Shown here: positions 49,473-58,840 of the stretch, piece after piece
Numbering within the stretch: position 1 is the first letter of the stretch
Layout: each line of letters starts with the position of its first letter
From: a bacterium
GTDB lineage: Bacteria; Zhuqueibacterota; Zhuqueibacteria; Zhuqueibacterales; Zhuqueibacteraceae
Assembly: GCA_044869275.1 (NCBI GenBank)
Contig: JBIOXB010000223.1
Span: 120,816-184,815, forward strand
Length of the DNA stretch: 64,000 nucleotides
Direction: 5' to 3'
Program-made: the position numbers and the translations under genes
The notes under the pieces: model-generated
Seen by the model: the letters and a program-made list of their open reading frames with translations, nothing else
Databases searched by the model: none
Told to the model about the DNA's origin: nothing

Positions 49473-52460
49473 CTAGAATCTATATCGCGCGCCGACATCG
49501 ATGGCAAAGCCATAATACTCGAGGTAAGTCGGGTCATCCAGGGCATTGCCTCTGAAGTTTTCGTCCGGTCTGGCGTTCAGGTTCGTAAAATTGGCAAAGA
49601 ACTGCACGCCGGTCTGGCCAAGCTTCTGCTGGAGTGTCAGGTCCCAGCGTGCGTAGGGACCTGAGAAAGTGTCAAATACTGGTGTATCATCAATAGACGT
49701 GACCCTGTCCGTTTGATACAGGTAAGACAGCCGGGCTGAGAATCCTTTGAAGTCATAGCCGAGGGTAACGTTGGCGATATGTTTAGGCTGATCGGGCATA
49801 CGAGTCGTTCTCGTGCTGTCGGCGAGTGTTCGTACGCGGAGCGGCGGGAGAGGTGGACGTGGAATAGACGTGATGATGGAATAATACTTCGTCCTTTCCG
49901 TTTCTGACTCGATGTAGGTATAGTTCGCATTCAGCACCACGCCGCGAAAAATTGAAGGCAAATACCAGAAGTGCGTTTGCCAATCGAGCTCAATCCCCCT
50001 ATACCACGTGTTGTCGGGATTGTTGATGTAAGTATTGAGATAGGGGGTGGCGCCTTGGAGCCAAGAGGAAGGGATATTCAAGCCTGGAAGGATGGGTATT
50101 CCCGGCTCCAATCTATATCTGGTATAGAAGATCAGGTCTTTGATGTCCTTGTGAAAGGCGGACACGGTAAAAAAACCAACATGGTTCTCATACACGGAGA
50201 GCGCGAGGTCCCAGTTAATCGCTTTGGCCGGCTTCAGATCCGAATTCGCTGCCTGGATCTCAGATTGGTTGGAGTTGATCGAGGTGATGGGCGCATAGCG
50301 AATGAAGTCCGGCCGCGTCAGCGTCTCGGTTCGCGCCAGCCGGACTTTCAGCCAGTCGTTCGGCTGTACCTGCAAATGCACCATGGGCAGCCAGAATTCA
50401 TTTTCGCGCGAGGTGGTCAGGAAGGTGAGATCTACCGGAGGCCCTTCGATGTTGTTCGGGGTGGTCTGTCTGAAGCTCTGGCCATGGTAGGTGGATTCGT
50501 CTCGCTCCCAGCGCACGCCGGGCAGGAGCGTAATATGCTTGCCCAGGTTTAATTCGGCCATAAAATACGCCGCTTGAAAGTTCTCATCCCCACTATAATC
50601 GCGCCCGATGGATTCGATCGACGATCTTTGAAACTGCCCACTATCGCTCAAGACTTGCGTGGTTCTCTCCAGCATATCTTGTTGAACGGTGAAGCCCAGG
50701 GGGTAATCACCGTCCAGGAAATTGGAGCGCGAATAATCATCCAAATAGAGGGATATGGGAAGCAAACCATATTGGTCAACCAACTCCTCGATGCCCCATT
50801 CCGGGATCCCTCCATCCAGGGGTGTCAGAATCGAGTTCGGACCGTTGCCATTGCCATAATGGAGGCCGTTCCGGCCGTAGCGTTCTTCATCGTTCATCCG
50901 GTCCAGCCAGCGCAGTTTGCCGCCGGTTTTGAGGTAGCCGTTTATTTTGCTGCCCAACCTGAATGGCGCCCGGACATTCAATTGTACAGAAGTCTCGTTT
51001 TCCTCACGCTGCGTATCATACACCCAGACGTCCGCCAGGCCGGTTCCGAGGGTGTCGTTGGTGGCCAGCGTCGGAATCAAGGTCGGAGGCGTATCCGGAC
51101 CGATGGTAGTCTCGGAAAAATCAAAGCCAAAGTTTTCCTGTGCGAAATGCCAGGTTCTTTCGTTGGGATTTTCCGTACGCGAAGCCGTTCGCGCTGCGCC
51201 AACATCGTAACGAATCCAATCGAAATCCTGCTCCAGGCCCACGCCCCCGGTGAAGAAGGAGGTCGTGCCGCCCAGGGCCCCGATATCATAGTAGTGGCGG
51301 TTGATATCGGGCGACATCCTGTTGATGCGATACAACCCGTCCCAGCGCAGGCGGTTATAGAAAGAATTAGCGGCAATTTTTCCCTTGGGTATGCGATAAT
51401 CGAGCAGGATGTTTCCGCCGGCTCGGCCGCGGCTCACGGTTTCTTCCCTGAGGGCGAGGTTTTGAACCTCGATGTCCACCCCACTCTCCGTGGGGGTGTA
51501 ATTGGCGGAGAACTTGTCAGCGCTACGGTCATAATCATCGGCGTTGAAACCGGCAATGATGCCGAGGCGGTCTTGCAAGAATCGCTCGCTGGCGGTGCCG
51601 GTGAAATTATAGTTGCCGTAGTAGTCTTGCAGGCGATTGTACCCGCCCATGGCCTGAACGCTAAGCGAGGTCTGCTCCGGGGCTTCTTTCAGTCTCAGGT
51701 CCACCGCGCCACCGAGCACATCGGCATCCATGTCCGGCGTAATCGCTTTCTTCACTTCTATGCCGTCGAGGATGTTGGAGGAAATGATCGAAAGATCCAC
51801 GCTTCGGTCATCTCCTCCGCTGGAAACGCGAGAAAGATCCACGCTCCGGCTGTTCCCGCCGCTCGCGGGGACACGTACGCCATTGATGCTGACGGTGTTG
51901 TATTTCGCGGAGAGGCCGCGAATGGATACTTGCGTGGCTTCACCGCCCGACCGATTGATGGCAACGCCTGGGAGGCGCCCAATCGACTCGGCAGCATTCA
52001 CATCCGGCAGTTCTCGAATGCGAGTTTGAGACACGATATTGGCGATGGTATTTGAAGCAAGCTGCTGGTTTATTGCCCCCAATTGTCCTTCCGCTTGGGC
52101 GGTGACGGTTACTTCTTCCCCCTCCACAGCTTGAAATTCCAATTTTATCGTTTCTTTTAATGTTTGCCCATCTTCTACGGTGATATCAATCGTCTTTTTG
52201 CGGTAGCCGATATAACTGACCACCAGCTTGTAGTTTCCGACCGGGACCTGGGCAATAACAAACCTGCCTTTCAGGTCCGTTGCCGCGCCGTAGCGCGTGC
52301 CTTGGATAACGGCATTCGCTCCGGGCAGCGGCTCACTGTGCTGGCTATCCAAGACATATCCTTCGATTCGCCCGTTGCCCTGAGCGGCAGCATCTGACAA
52401 TGAAAGCAGAACACCCAGCGGCGCAAGGATCAGAAAAGCGCTCAAACGATTTCGATACAT
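49473..52460 (-). CDS. TonB-dependent receptor with N-terminal CarboxypepD_reg-like domain
   Basis: EPLPGANA...VSYIGY, ELPDVNAAESIGRLPGV plug, IRGL, TPDMDAD and C-terminal GARYRF. Confidence 0.95.
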   Translation of the reverse strand: MYRNRLSAFLILAPLGVLLSLSDAAAQGNGRIEGYVLDSQHSEPLPGANAVIQGTRYGAATDLKGRFVIAQVPVGNYKLVVSYIGYRKKTIDITVEDGQTLKETIKLEFQAVEGEEVTVTAQAEGQLGAINQQLASNTIANIVSQTRIRELPDVNAAESIGRLPGVAINRSGGEATQVSIRGLSAKYNTVSINGVRVPASGGNSRSVDLSRVSSGGDDRSVDLSIISSNILDGIEVKKAITPDMDADVLGGAVDLRLKEAPEQTSLSVQAMGGYNRLQDYYGNYNFTGTASERFLQDRLGIIAGFNADDYDRSADKFSANYTPTESGVDIEVQNLALREETVSRGRAGGNILLDYRIPKGKIAANSFYNRLRWDGLYRINRMSPDINRHYYDIGALGGTTSFFTGGVGLEQDFDWIRYDVGAARTASRTENPNERTWHFAQENFGFDFSETTIGPDTPPTLIPTLATNDTLGTGLADVWVYDTQREENETSVQLNVRAPFRLGSKINGYLKTGGKLRWLDRMNDEERYGRNGLHYGNGNGPNSILTPLDGGIPEWGIEELVDQYGLLPISLYLDDYSRSNFLDGDYPLGFTVQQDMLERTTQVLSDSGQFQRSSIESIGRDYSGDENFQAAYFMAELNLGKHITLLPGVRWERDESTYHGQSFRQTTPNNIEGPPVDLTFLTTSRENEFWLPMVHLQVQPNDWLKVRLARTETLTRPDFIRYAPITSINSNQSEIQAANSDLKPAKAINWDLALSVYENHVGFFTVSAFHKDIKDLIFYTRYRLEPGIPILPGLNIPSSWLQGATPYLNTYINNPDNTWYRGIELDWQTHFWYLPSIFRGVVLNANYTYIESETERTKYYSIITSIPRPPLPPLRVRTLADSTRTTRMPDQPKHIANVTLGYDFKGFSARLSYLYQTDRVTSIDDTPVFDTFSGPYARWDLTLQQKLGQTGVQFFANFTNLNARPDENFRGNALDDPTYLEYYGFAIDVGARYRF

Positions 52461-52714
52461 TGCTTGATCTCCTCGTTAGTTGCCAGCCACAGAAGATTCT
52501 CTCAACGTATGCGTGTTTTCGAGAACATGACGAATCGTAATACTTGACCGGAACGGATCGATCGCCTGATAAATGGCAGGATGGAGAATGTTTGCTGTTT
52601 GGTTAAGGCGCTTTAAAAAAAAGGTAACACAAATTTCACTTACTTGCGGCAATGGCAGGGCAGCAAGAGTCTTCGTTGTGAGACGAATATCGCGCTGCAG
52701 ACGGAATAAATCTA

Positions 52715-52728
52715 CGAAATCGTTTTCG
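52715..52728. promoter_or_regulatory. LacI-type operator 1
   Basis: CGAAATCGTTTTCG: CG-centred palindrome with 1 mismatch. Confidence 0.75.
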
Positions 52729-52806
52729 GCACAATTGCTGGAGTTCAAACTCTCCGCTTCTGTGCTCGAAACTCATGCACTGGTATGAACGTACTCAATT
52801 GATTTT

Positions 52807-52835
52807 AAGATAGCTTGCTCATTTAAAAAAGTCAA
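52807..52835 (-). promoter_or_regulatory. sigma70-like promoter for the TonB-receptor operon
   Basis: TTGACT-17 bp-TATCTT on the minus strand, between operators 1 and 2. Confidence 0.65.
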
Positions 52836-52861
52836 TAAAATAATACATTCCATCAAAATTT

Positions 52862-52877
52862 CCGAAATCGATTTCGG
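52862..52877. promoter_or_regulatory. LacI-type operator 2
   Basis: Perfect 16-bp palindrome CCGAAATCGATTTCGG. Confidence 0.85.
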
Positions 52878-52936
52878 CAAATTGGGACGCACGTGTCACA
52901 TAAAATGCCTGTTTTGCGCAAATTCAAAGTTTAGCC

Positions 52937-52965
52937 TTGAAATTCTGAAAACAATTCGCTATTAT
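52937..52965 (+). promoter_or_regulatory. sigma70-like promoter for the LacI gene
   Basis: TTGAAA-17 bp-TATTAT. Confidence 0.65.
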
Positions 52966-53060
52966 GGTCCAAATAATTGTCCAGTGTCGATAGTATTGGT
53001 CACAATTTGTCTCTAGTTATATATCTGTTATTATTGTACTAATACAGATAATTAGAGCTT

Positions 53061-53076
53061 TCGAAAACGATTTCGA
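53061..53076. promoter_or_regulatory. LacI-type operator 3
   Basis: TCGAAAACGATTTCGA: palindrome with 1 mismatch, upstream of the LacI ATG. Confidence 0.78.
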
Positions 53077-53147
53077 GGAACTCCACTCTGGCATCAGATC
53101 AAATCGGCATTGCACTACTTCACACGAGCACACGGAGAATATTCATT

Positions 53148-54191
53148 ATGAGTGGTGCCAAAACCATCAAAGACATTGCAAAACTGGCGAATGTCTCGCA
53201 AGGGACTGTTTCGAAGGCCTTGAATGATCGGCCTGACGTCGGCCTCGAAACAAAAGAAAATATATTGAAGATCGCAGAGTTGCACAATTTTCTTCCCAAT
53301 GCCTCGGGCAAAGCACTCAAGCAACGAGTCACTGAGAATATCGGAGTGATTTTTCGCCGGGATGATAATCCTTTATCGAGCAATCCCTTTTATTCCCGCG
53401 TGCTGGAGGGCATCGAGGCGGAATTGGCATTCAATGACTTTAATCTTGTGCTGCATTTGGTGCCTGAGCACAAGATACCCGTGCTGCCCAGAATGGTTCG
53501 AAAAAAGCAAGTGGACGCCGTGGTGCTGGTCGGGATCAAACACGAGGAGTTTGTCAGACAACTGCAGCAAGCCAATGTGCCGGTGATATTGGTCGACCCC
53601 AAGACCGACATTCCGGGCTGTTCCCAGGTGCTCATCGACAACGAAAACGGGGCCTTCCTGGCGACGCAACATCTCATTGAAAACGGCCACGAAAGAATTG
53701 GTTTCATTTCCGGCGAGCTTTCCCGGTTGAGCTTTAAGCAACGCTTGGAGGGCTACCTCAAGGCGCTCAAATATCACAGCCTCCCCGTGGATGAAGAACT
53801 CATCAAAGCCGGCGGCGTCGAAGCCGGCTATGATTTGACCAAAGCGCTTTTGATGCTGCCGCACAGACCCACTGCCATTTGTGCCGCCAATGACATCAAT
53901 GCGATTTATGGCTACAAAGCTATCAACGAATTCAGCCTTAAAATCCCCGAGGACATCAGCGTGGTCGGATTCGACGATATCGATCTGGCCAAGATGGCGA
54001 TTCCGCCTCTCACGACAATCAGGGTCTATAAAGAAGAGCTGGGATCAGTGGCCGTGCGAAACTTGCGGCAAATGATCCAGGAAAAATCCACCGTCTGCAC
54101 CACCACCATCATTCCGGTCAGACTCGTGCAAAGAGAATCGGTCAGAAATCTCAACCTTGGCTCTGCAGGCAGCCTCCAAGGGATAGATTAA
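53148..54191 (+). CDS. LacI-family transcriptional regulator
   Basis: TIKDIAKLANVSQGTVSKALN HTH, IPEDISVVGFDD and PPLTT. Confidence 0.97.
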   Translation: MSGAKTIKDIAKLANVSQGTVSKALNDRPDVGLETKENILKIAELHNFLPNASGKALKQRVTENIGVIFRRDDNPLSSNPFYSRVLEGIEAELAFNDFNLVLHLVPEHKIPVLPRMVRKKQVDAVVLVGIKHEEFVRQLQQANVPVILVDPKTDIPGCSQVLIDNENGAFLATQHLIENGHERIGFISGELSRLSFKQRLEGYLKALKYHSLPVDEELIKAGGVEAGYDLTKALLMLPHRPTAICAANDINAIYGYKAINEFSLKIPEDISVVGFDDIDLAKMAIPPLTTIRVYKEELGSVAVRNLRQMIQEKSTVCTTTIIPVRLVQRESVRNLNLGSAGSLQGID

Positions 54192-54325
54192 GACCAAACG
54201 GATAAGACAAAAAAGGCTTTATCCGTTGGCGAAGAATTTTCAGATTTTATTCTGTGTTTGAGTGCCCTATGGCATTTTCAGACGCGCTGAAGTCCGAAGC
54301 CAGCGGGCGGCAACAGTGCCACAAT
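54192..54325 (-). repeat. Diverged inverted copy of the element at 57139-57262
   Basis: ccgaagccagcgggcggcaacagtgccacaat (54294-54325) approximately matches the reverse complement of attgtgccattgctgccgcacctggcttcgg (57139-57169). Confidence 0.55.
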
Positions 54326-54646
54326 TGTCCTGAAAAAAGCAGAAGACAGAAAGATGCAGGACAGAAAAATGTCTCTCGTTTTACCCTATCCCTTCCCTAG
54401 TCAGCCTCCGGACATGAGATCTCTTGCTGGTTTTGGGCCGAAATACACACCATCTTTCTGCCCTTCATTTTTCTGCCTTAGCTTTTGCTCAATGCCACAT
54501 AACGCTACCAAATTATCTGTTGCTCTCAATCGAGCATTAATCATAAAGCCTTTCATATTTTCTTGAACTCTGATGAGCTAAACGCTGAAGCTGAACGGCA
54601 TTCAGAAAGCATTCTTTGCAGCAGCAACCCGAACCGAGGTGCTGGT

Positions 54647-56812
54647 ATGAAAAACTCGTTCAAAGGTTTCGTGATTGCTATCATTCTGGGAATTGGGCAG
54701 ATCGCGCTGGCGCAGCGTGAACGCATCAAATATAATGATCAGGACTTGTTTTTGAGCGGCGCCAATGTGGCGTGGTTGAGCTTTGCCAATGATATCGGCT
54801 CGGGTGTAACCGACTTCAATGGTTTTGCCAATATGTTTCTGGAGGTGCATGACCATGGCGGCAATGCCATGCGCCTGTGGCTGCATACGAACGGTGTGAG
54901 CTCGCCCGCCTTCGAGGCTTCGGGCCGGGTGAGCGGTCCGGGCAAAGAAACGATTGCGGATCTCAAGCAAATTCTGGACCTCGCCTGGGAAAGAGAAATC
55001 GGGCTCAAGCTCTGTCTCTGGTCATTTGACATGCTGCGCTCGTCCAATAACGCCGCTGTTCTGAGCCGCAACACGTTAATGCTGACCGATACCGCTTACA
55101 CACGCGCCTACCTCAACAATTCTCTCATCCCCATGGTTGACTCCCTCAAAGGCCATCCCGCGATTATCGCATGGGAAATATTCAATGAACCGGAGGGGAT
55201 GAGCAACGAATTTGGATGGTCTGACGTTAGGCACGTACCCATGGCCGACATTCAACGATTCATCAACCTTTGTGCGGGTGCGATTCATCGCACGGATTCC
55301 ACGGCGCAAGTGACGAGCGGGGCGTGGAGTTTTATCAGTCTTACCGATGTGCCCACAGGAGCTCTTGCGCAGGCTGGCGCGGAGCTTGCCCAATTAAGTG
55401 TTGCCGAAAAAAGACAAATGGAAACCCGCTTCGCGCAAAAGTACGCCATATCTCTCACCGCGGATGAGATAATGTCGCACTTTCAGCGAGCAGGCCAGGC
55501 AAATTTCAATTATTATTCTGATAGCCGTTTGATTGCCGCCGGCGGCGATCCGGACGGGACGCTTGATTTCTACTCCGTGCATTATTACGACTGGGCGGGC
55601 ACGGCCCTCTCTCCCTTTCACCATCCTAAAGATCGGTGGGAGCTGGGCAAGCCGCTGGTCGTAGCCGAATTCGCCATGCGCAACACGCTTGGTGTTTTGA
55701 AACAAGACTTGTTTGAAACGCTCTATCAAAACCGATACGCCGGCGCCCTGGCATGGTCCTGGTCGGACGGCAATTTTTCTTCACACGAAGACATGCTCGC
55801 GGCTATGCAGTTGATGTGGGACCTTCACCGCCAGGACGTGGATGTGAATGGCATTGGCGGAGATTGGCCGGTCGTTAGCATCACTAACCCCAAAAGCGAC
55901 ACAGAGTTTCCGAACGGTGCCGCGGTCACCATCGAGGCCATCGCCTCTGACCCGGATGGAGCCGTCGTTTTGGTGGAATTTTTTGCTTCTGATACGCTAA
56001 GAATTGGAGCAATTGGTGCCGAGCCTTACGCCATGATCTGGACCGATATTTCGCCCGGTATTTACACTTTGACTGCAGTGGCGACCGATGATCGGGGCCA
56101 CAAGCGAACCTCTAATCGTGTGCCCATTAAAGTCGGCTCGCCGCCGGTGGTCAGGCTCGAGGCCGAGCGGGCTTCCCGCAGCGGCACGCCCATGGTCTTC
56201 AGCGATCCGACGGCGAGCAATCGTGCTTGTTTGAGGATGCAGCAAACCGGCACGATTACCTGGCAGCTTCCTGCCGTGCCGGCTGCGGGGAGCTACGAGA
56301 TCGTGTTCGGGTATCGCTTGCCGTACGACACGCCGAAGCATCAGTATTTGAATGTCAATGGCACACGCGCAGCCGAAATAATATTTGACGGCGGTTTGAA
56401 TGTTTGGCTGGAAAAAAAACTCAACGTCAATTTGCTTCAGGGTAACAATGTCATTCAAATGGAACTATCCTGGGGCTGGATGGATATCGATTACCTCGGC
56501 GTTCCCAGCACGATTGTCACCTTAGTCGATGCCCCCACTGAGCTGCCCGCCAGTTTTTCATTACAGCAGAACTATCCCAACCCCTTCAATCCGCTGACGA
56601 CCATCAAGTATTCCCTGGCAAAATCCGAACATGTGCAGCTGGCGGTTTATGATAACCTGGGCCGCCGCGTTCATATGCTCGTCGATGGCAAGCAGAGCGC
56701 CGGCCTCCATGAGGTTTCGTTTGACGGCAGAAACCTTGCCAGCGGCGTGTACTTTTACCGTCTCAACGCCGGCTCATTTGTCGCTGAAAAACGCATGCTG
56801 CTGCTGAAATAG
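54647..56812 (+). CDS. Secreted GH5 beta-mannanase (GH5_10-like) with Ig-like, CBM35-like and sorting domains
   Basis: FLSGANVAW, RLWLH, WEIFNEPEG, VHYYDW and KPLVVAEF; ASDPDG Ig domain; LEAE...WGWMDIDY; QNYPNPFNP CTD. Confidence 0.9.
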   Translation: MKNSFKGFVIAIILGIGQIALAQRERIKYNDQDLFLSGANVAWLSFANDIGSGVTDFNGFANMFLEVHDHGGNAMRLWLHTNGVSSPAFEASGRVSGPGKETIADLKQILDLAWEREIGLKLCLWSFDMLRSSNNAAVLSRNTLMLTDTAYTRAYLNNSLIPMVDSLKGHPAIIAWEIFNEPEGMSNEFGWSDVRHVPMADIQRFINLCAGAIHRTDSTAQVTSGAWSFISLTDVPTGALAQAGAELAQLSVAEKRQMETRFAQKYAISLTADEIMSHFQRAGQANFNYYSDSRLIAAGGDPDGTLDFYSVHYYDWAGTALSPFHHPKDRWELGKPLVVAEFAMRNTLGVLKQDLFETLYQNRYAGALAWSWSDGNFSSHEDMLAAMQLMWDLHRQDVDVNGIGGDWPVVSITNPKSDTEFPNGAAVTIEAIASDPDGAVVLVEFFASDTLRIGAIGAEPYAMIWTDISPGIYTLTAVATDDRGHKRTSNRVPIKVGSPPVVRLEAERASRSGTPMVFSDPTASNRACLRMQQTGTITWQLPAVPAAGSYEIVFGYRLPYDTPKHQYLNVNGTRAAEIIFDGGLNVWLEKKLNVNLLQGNNVIQMELSWGWMDIDYLGVPSTIVTLVDAPTELPASFSLQQNYPNPFNPLTTIKYSLAKSEHVQLAVYDNLGRRVHMLVDGKQSAGLHEVSFDGRNLASGVYFYRLNAGSFVAEKRMLLLK

Positions 56813-56877
56813 AGTTAGTCTTCTCTGCCGCCATTCTGCAGTCCCGACGCTTCAGCGATTTTTTGCAGTCTTTTTAT

Positions 56878-57105
56878 GTAACTATTCAGGGGAAAAATGA
56901 AAGGCAAAACTATTTTAGGGCAAAACAATTGACATAATGGAAAATTGGGCAACTAGAGGCAGAAAAATTTGAACGTTCTATGGCAAAACAAATTAATGGC
57001 AAAATGATTTGAAATCATTTTGCCATTAAATCATCTTGCCTAGAGCTTTTTAATGGTTTTGCCCGTAACCGTTTTGCCTTCTTAAAAAAACACCTGAATA
57101 GTTAC
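56878..57105. mobile_element. 228-bp AT-rich MITE with 13-bp TIRs
   Basis: GTAACTATTCAGG ... CCTGAATAGTTAC; flanks ctttttat / ctatttat (7 of 8 match); internal ggcaaaa/ttttgcc repeats. Confidence 0.8.
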
Positions 57106-57406
57106 CTATTTATTAGACTTTTTTAAAACACGGATAAGATTGTGCCATTGCTGCCGCACCTGGCTTCGGTTTTCATCCCGACCCTTCGGGATGAAAATCC
57201 GAGGTAGCTCTAATAGCACCGAAATCTGCGAAAATCAGCCTAATCCGTGTCATCCGTGGTCAAAAGACCTTAAAAAGTGCTTTTGAGAAATCGCTGACAC
57301 TTCGAGATTCATCGCGCCCAGCAAAGCTCTGATGAGAATCGTCGTAGGAGTTTGTGCGCTAATCTCTCTCCAGCGCCGTCACACGCCCTCGAACCGGGAT
57401 GACCTC

Positions 57407-58426
57407 ATGCCTCGCTACGGCTTCAACTTCCAGTGGATGTTCGTCTGGGAACCGGATCACCAGCCGGAGCTTGCCGATGAAAAAGCTCTCGACTTCATGG
57501 CCAGATTCGGATTTGATTTCGTGCGCATACCCACGGACTACCGCTTTTGGACCAAAAGATTTGATTACTTTTTTCCCGACGAGGCGATCTTCACACATCT
57601 TGATCGCTACCTCGCGGCTTGCCAGGCGCGCGGTTTCCAGATGTGCCTGAATCTGCATCGCGCGCCAGGGTATTGCATCAACCGCAATGATCTCGAACGC
57701 CACAATTTGTGGCTCGAGGCAGAAGCGCAAGACGCATTCGTTTTTCTCTGGGAAACTTTTGCGCGGCGCTACCGTGGCGTTCCCAATGAGGCGTTGAGTT
57801 TTGATCTGATCAACGAGCCGCCGGAGATCGGGCAATACGGCATGACGCGCGAGCATCACGCCAGTCTCATTCGCCGTACGTTGGCGGCGATTCGAGCTAT
57901 TGATCCCATGCGCGAGATCGTAATCGATGGCCTCGGCGGTGGGAATATCGCCATGCCGGAGCTGGCGGATTTGGGCTTGATTCACAGCGGGCGCGGCTAT
58001 CAACCCATGACCGTGAGCCATTATCGCGCCGGTTGGTGGAGTGGAAGCGTGGGTTTGCCTGAGCCCGTTTATCCCAATTCACTTTGGGAAGGCAAACTCT
58101 GGAATCGCGGCACGCTGCGCGAGTTTTATCAGCCGTGGCGAGAGGTCGAAGCCGCGGGCGTAAACGTCCATATCGGCGAGTTCGGCTGCTACAATCAAAC
58201 GCCCAATCAAGTCGCCTTGCGCTGGTTCTCAGACTTGTTCGGATTGTTCAAAGAATTTGGCTGGGGCTATAGCTTGTGGACTTTCGCCGGTGCGTTCGGC
58301 ATTGCCGAACACGGCCGCCCGGGCGCAAAATACGAAGAGTTCCACGGTTACAAAGTCGATCGCGCGTTGCTGGATTTGATGCTGAACAGCCGCGTTGCTG
58401 AAAAAAAGCTCGGCGGCCATGCCTAG
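57407..58426 (+). CDS. Cytoplasmic GH5 (GH5_36-like mannanase/endoglucanase)
   Basis: GFNF, VRIPTDYRFW, LNLHRAPGY, FDLINEP and HIGEFG; no signal peptide. Confidence 0.88.
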   Translation: MPRYGFNFQWMFVWEPDHQPELADEKALDFMARFGFDFVRIPTDYRFWTKRFDYFFPDEAIFTHLDRYLAACQARGFQMCLNLHRAPGYCINRNDLERHNLWLEAEAQDAFVFLWETFARRYRGVPNEALSFDLINEPPEIGQYGMTREHHASLIRRTLAAIRAIDPMREIVIDGLGGGNIAMPELADLGLIHSGRGYQPMTVSHYRAGWWSGSVGLPEPVYPNSLWEGKLWNRGTLREFYQPWREVEAAGVNVHIGEFGCYNQTPNQVALRWFSDLFGLFKEFGWGYSLWTFAGAFGIAEHGRPGAKYEEFHGYKVDRALLDLMLNSRVAEKKLGGHA

Positions 58427-58702
58427 GATCGCCGTTTAAACAACTTGCCCGCTTTTTGAAACCGCTAATCAACGCGAATGTACGCTAATCTGTGTTCAAT
58501 TCGCGTTGATTAGCGTTCATTCGCGCTTTGTTGGATTTGATGCTGAACAGCCGAGTGGCTGAAATAAGCTCCGCGGCCATGCCTAGGATCGCCGTTTAAG
58601 CAACTTGCCCGCTTTTTGAAACCGCTAATCAACGCGAATGTACGCTAATTCGTGTTCAATTCGCGTTGATTAGCGTTCATTCGCGGTTTGAGAATTGGGA
58701 AA
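58360..58702 (+). repeat. ~160-bp tandem duplication of the GH5 3' end plus MITE left part
   Basis: 58360-58520 is repeated at 58521-58680; gcctaggatcgccgttt occurs at 58421 and 58581. Confidence 0.9.
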
Positions 58703-58840
58703 TGTTGTTTTCTGTGGCTCTTGAAATTCTCCGTGAAACTCCGTGTTCTCCGTGTCTCTGTGTTGAAAAGGCGTTAAGAGCTGCGAACAACTTGCAGCCC
58801 CGCCGTTGCGCGATCATGCCGACTTTGAAAAGCGAATCGC

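Noticed and set aside
58360..58702. Repeated gene tail as a diversity-generating retroelement VR/TR pair
   Set aside because: Differences are not confined to adenines, and no reverse transcriptase is present.
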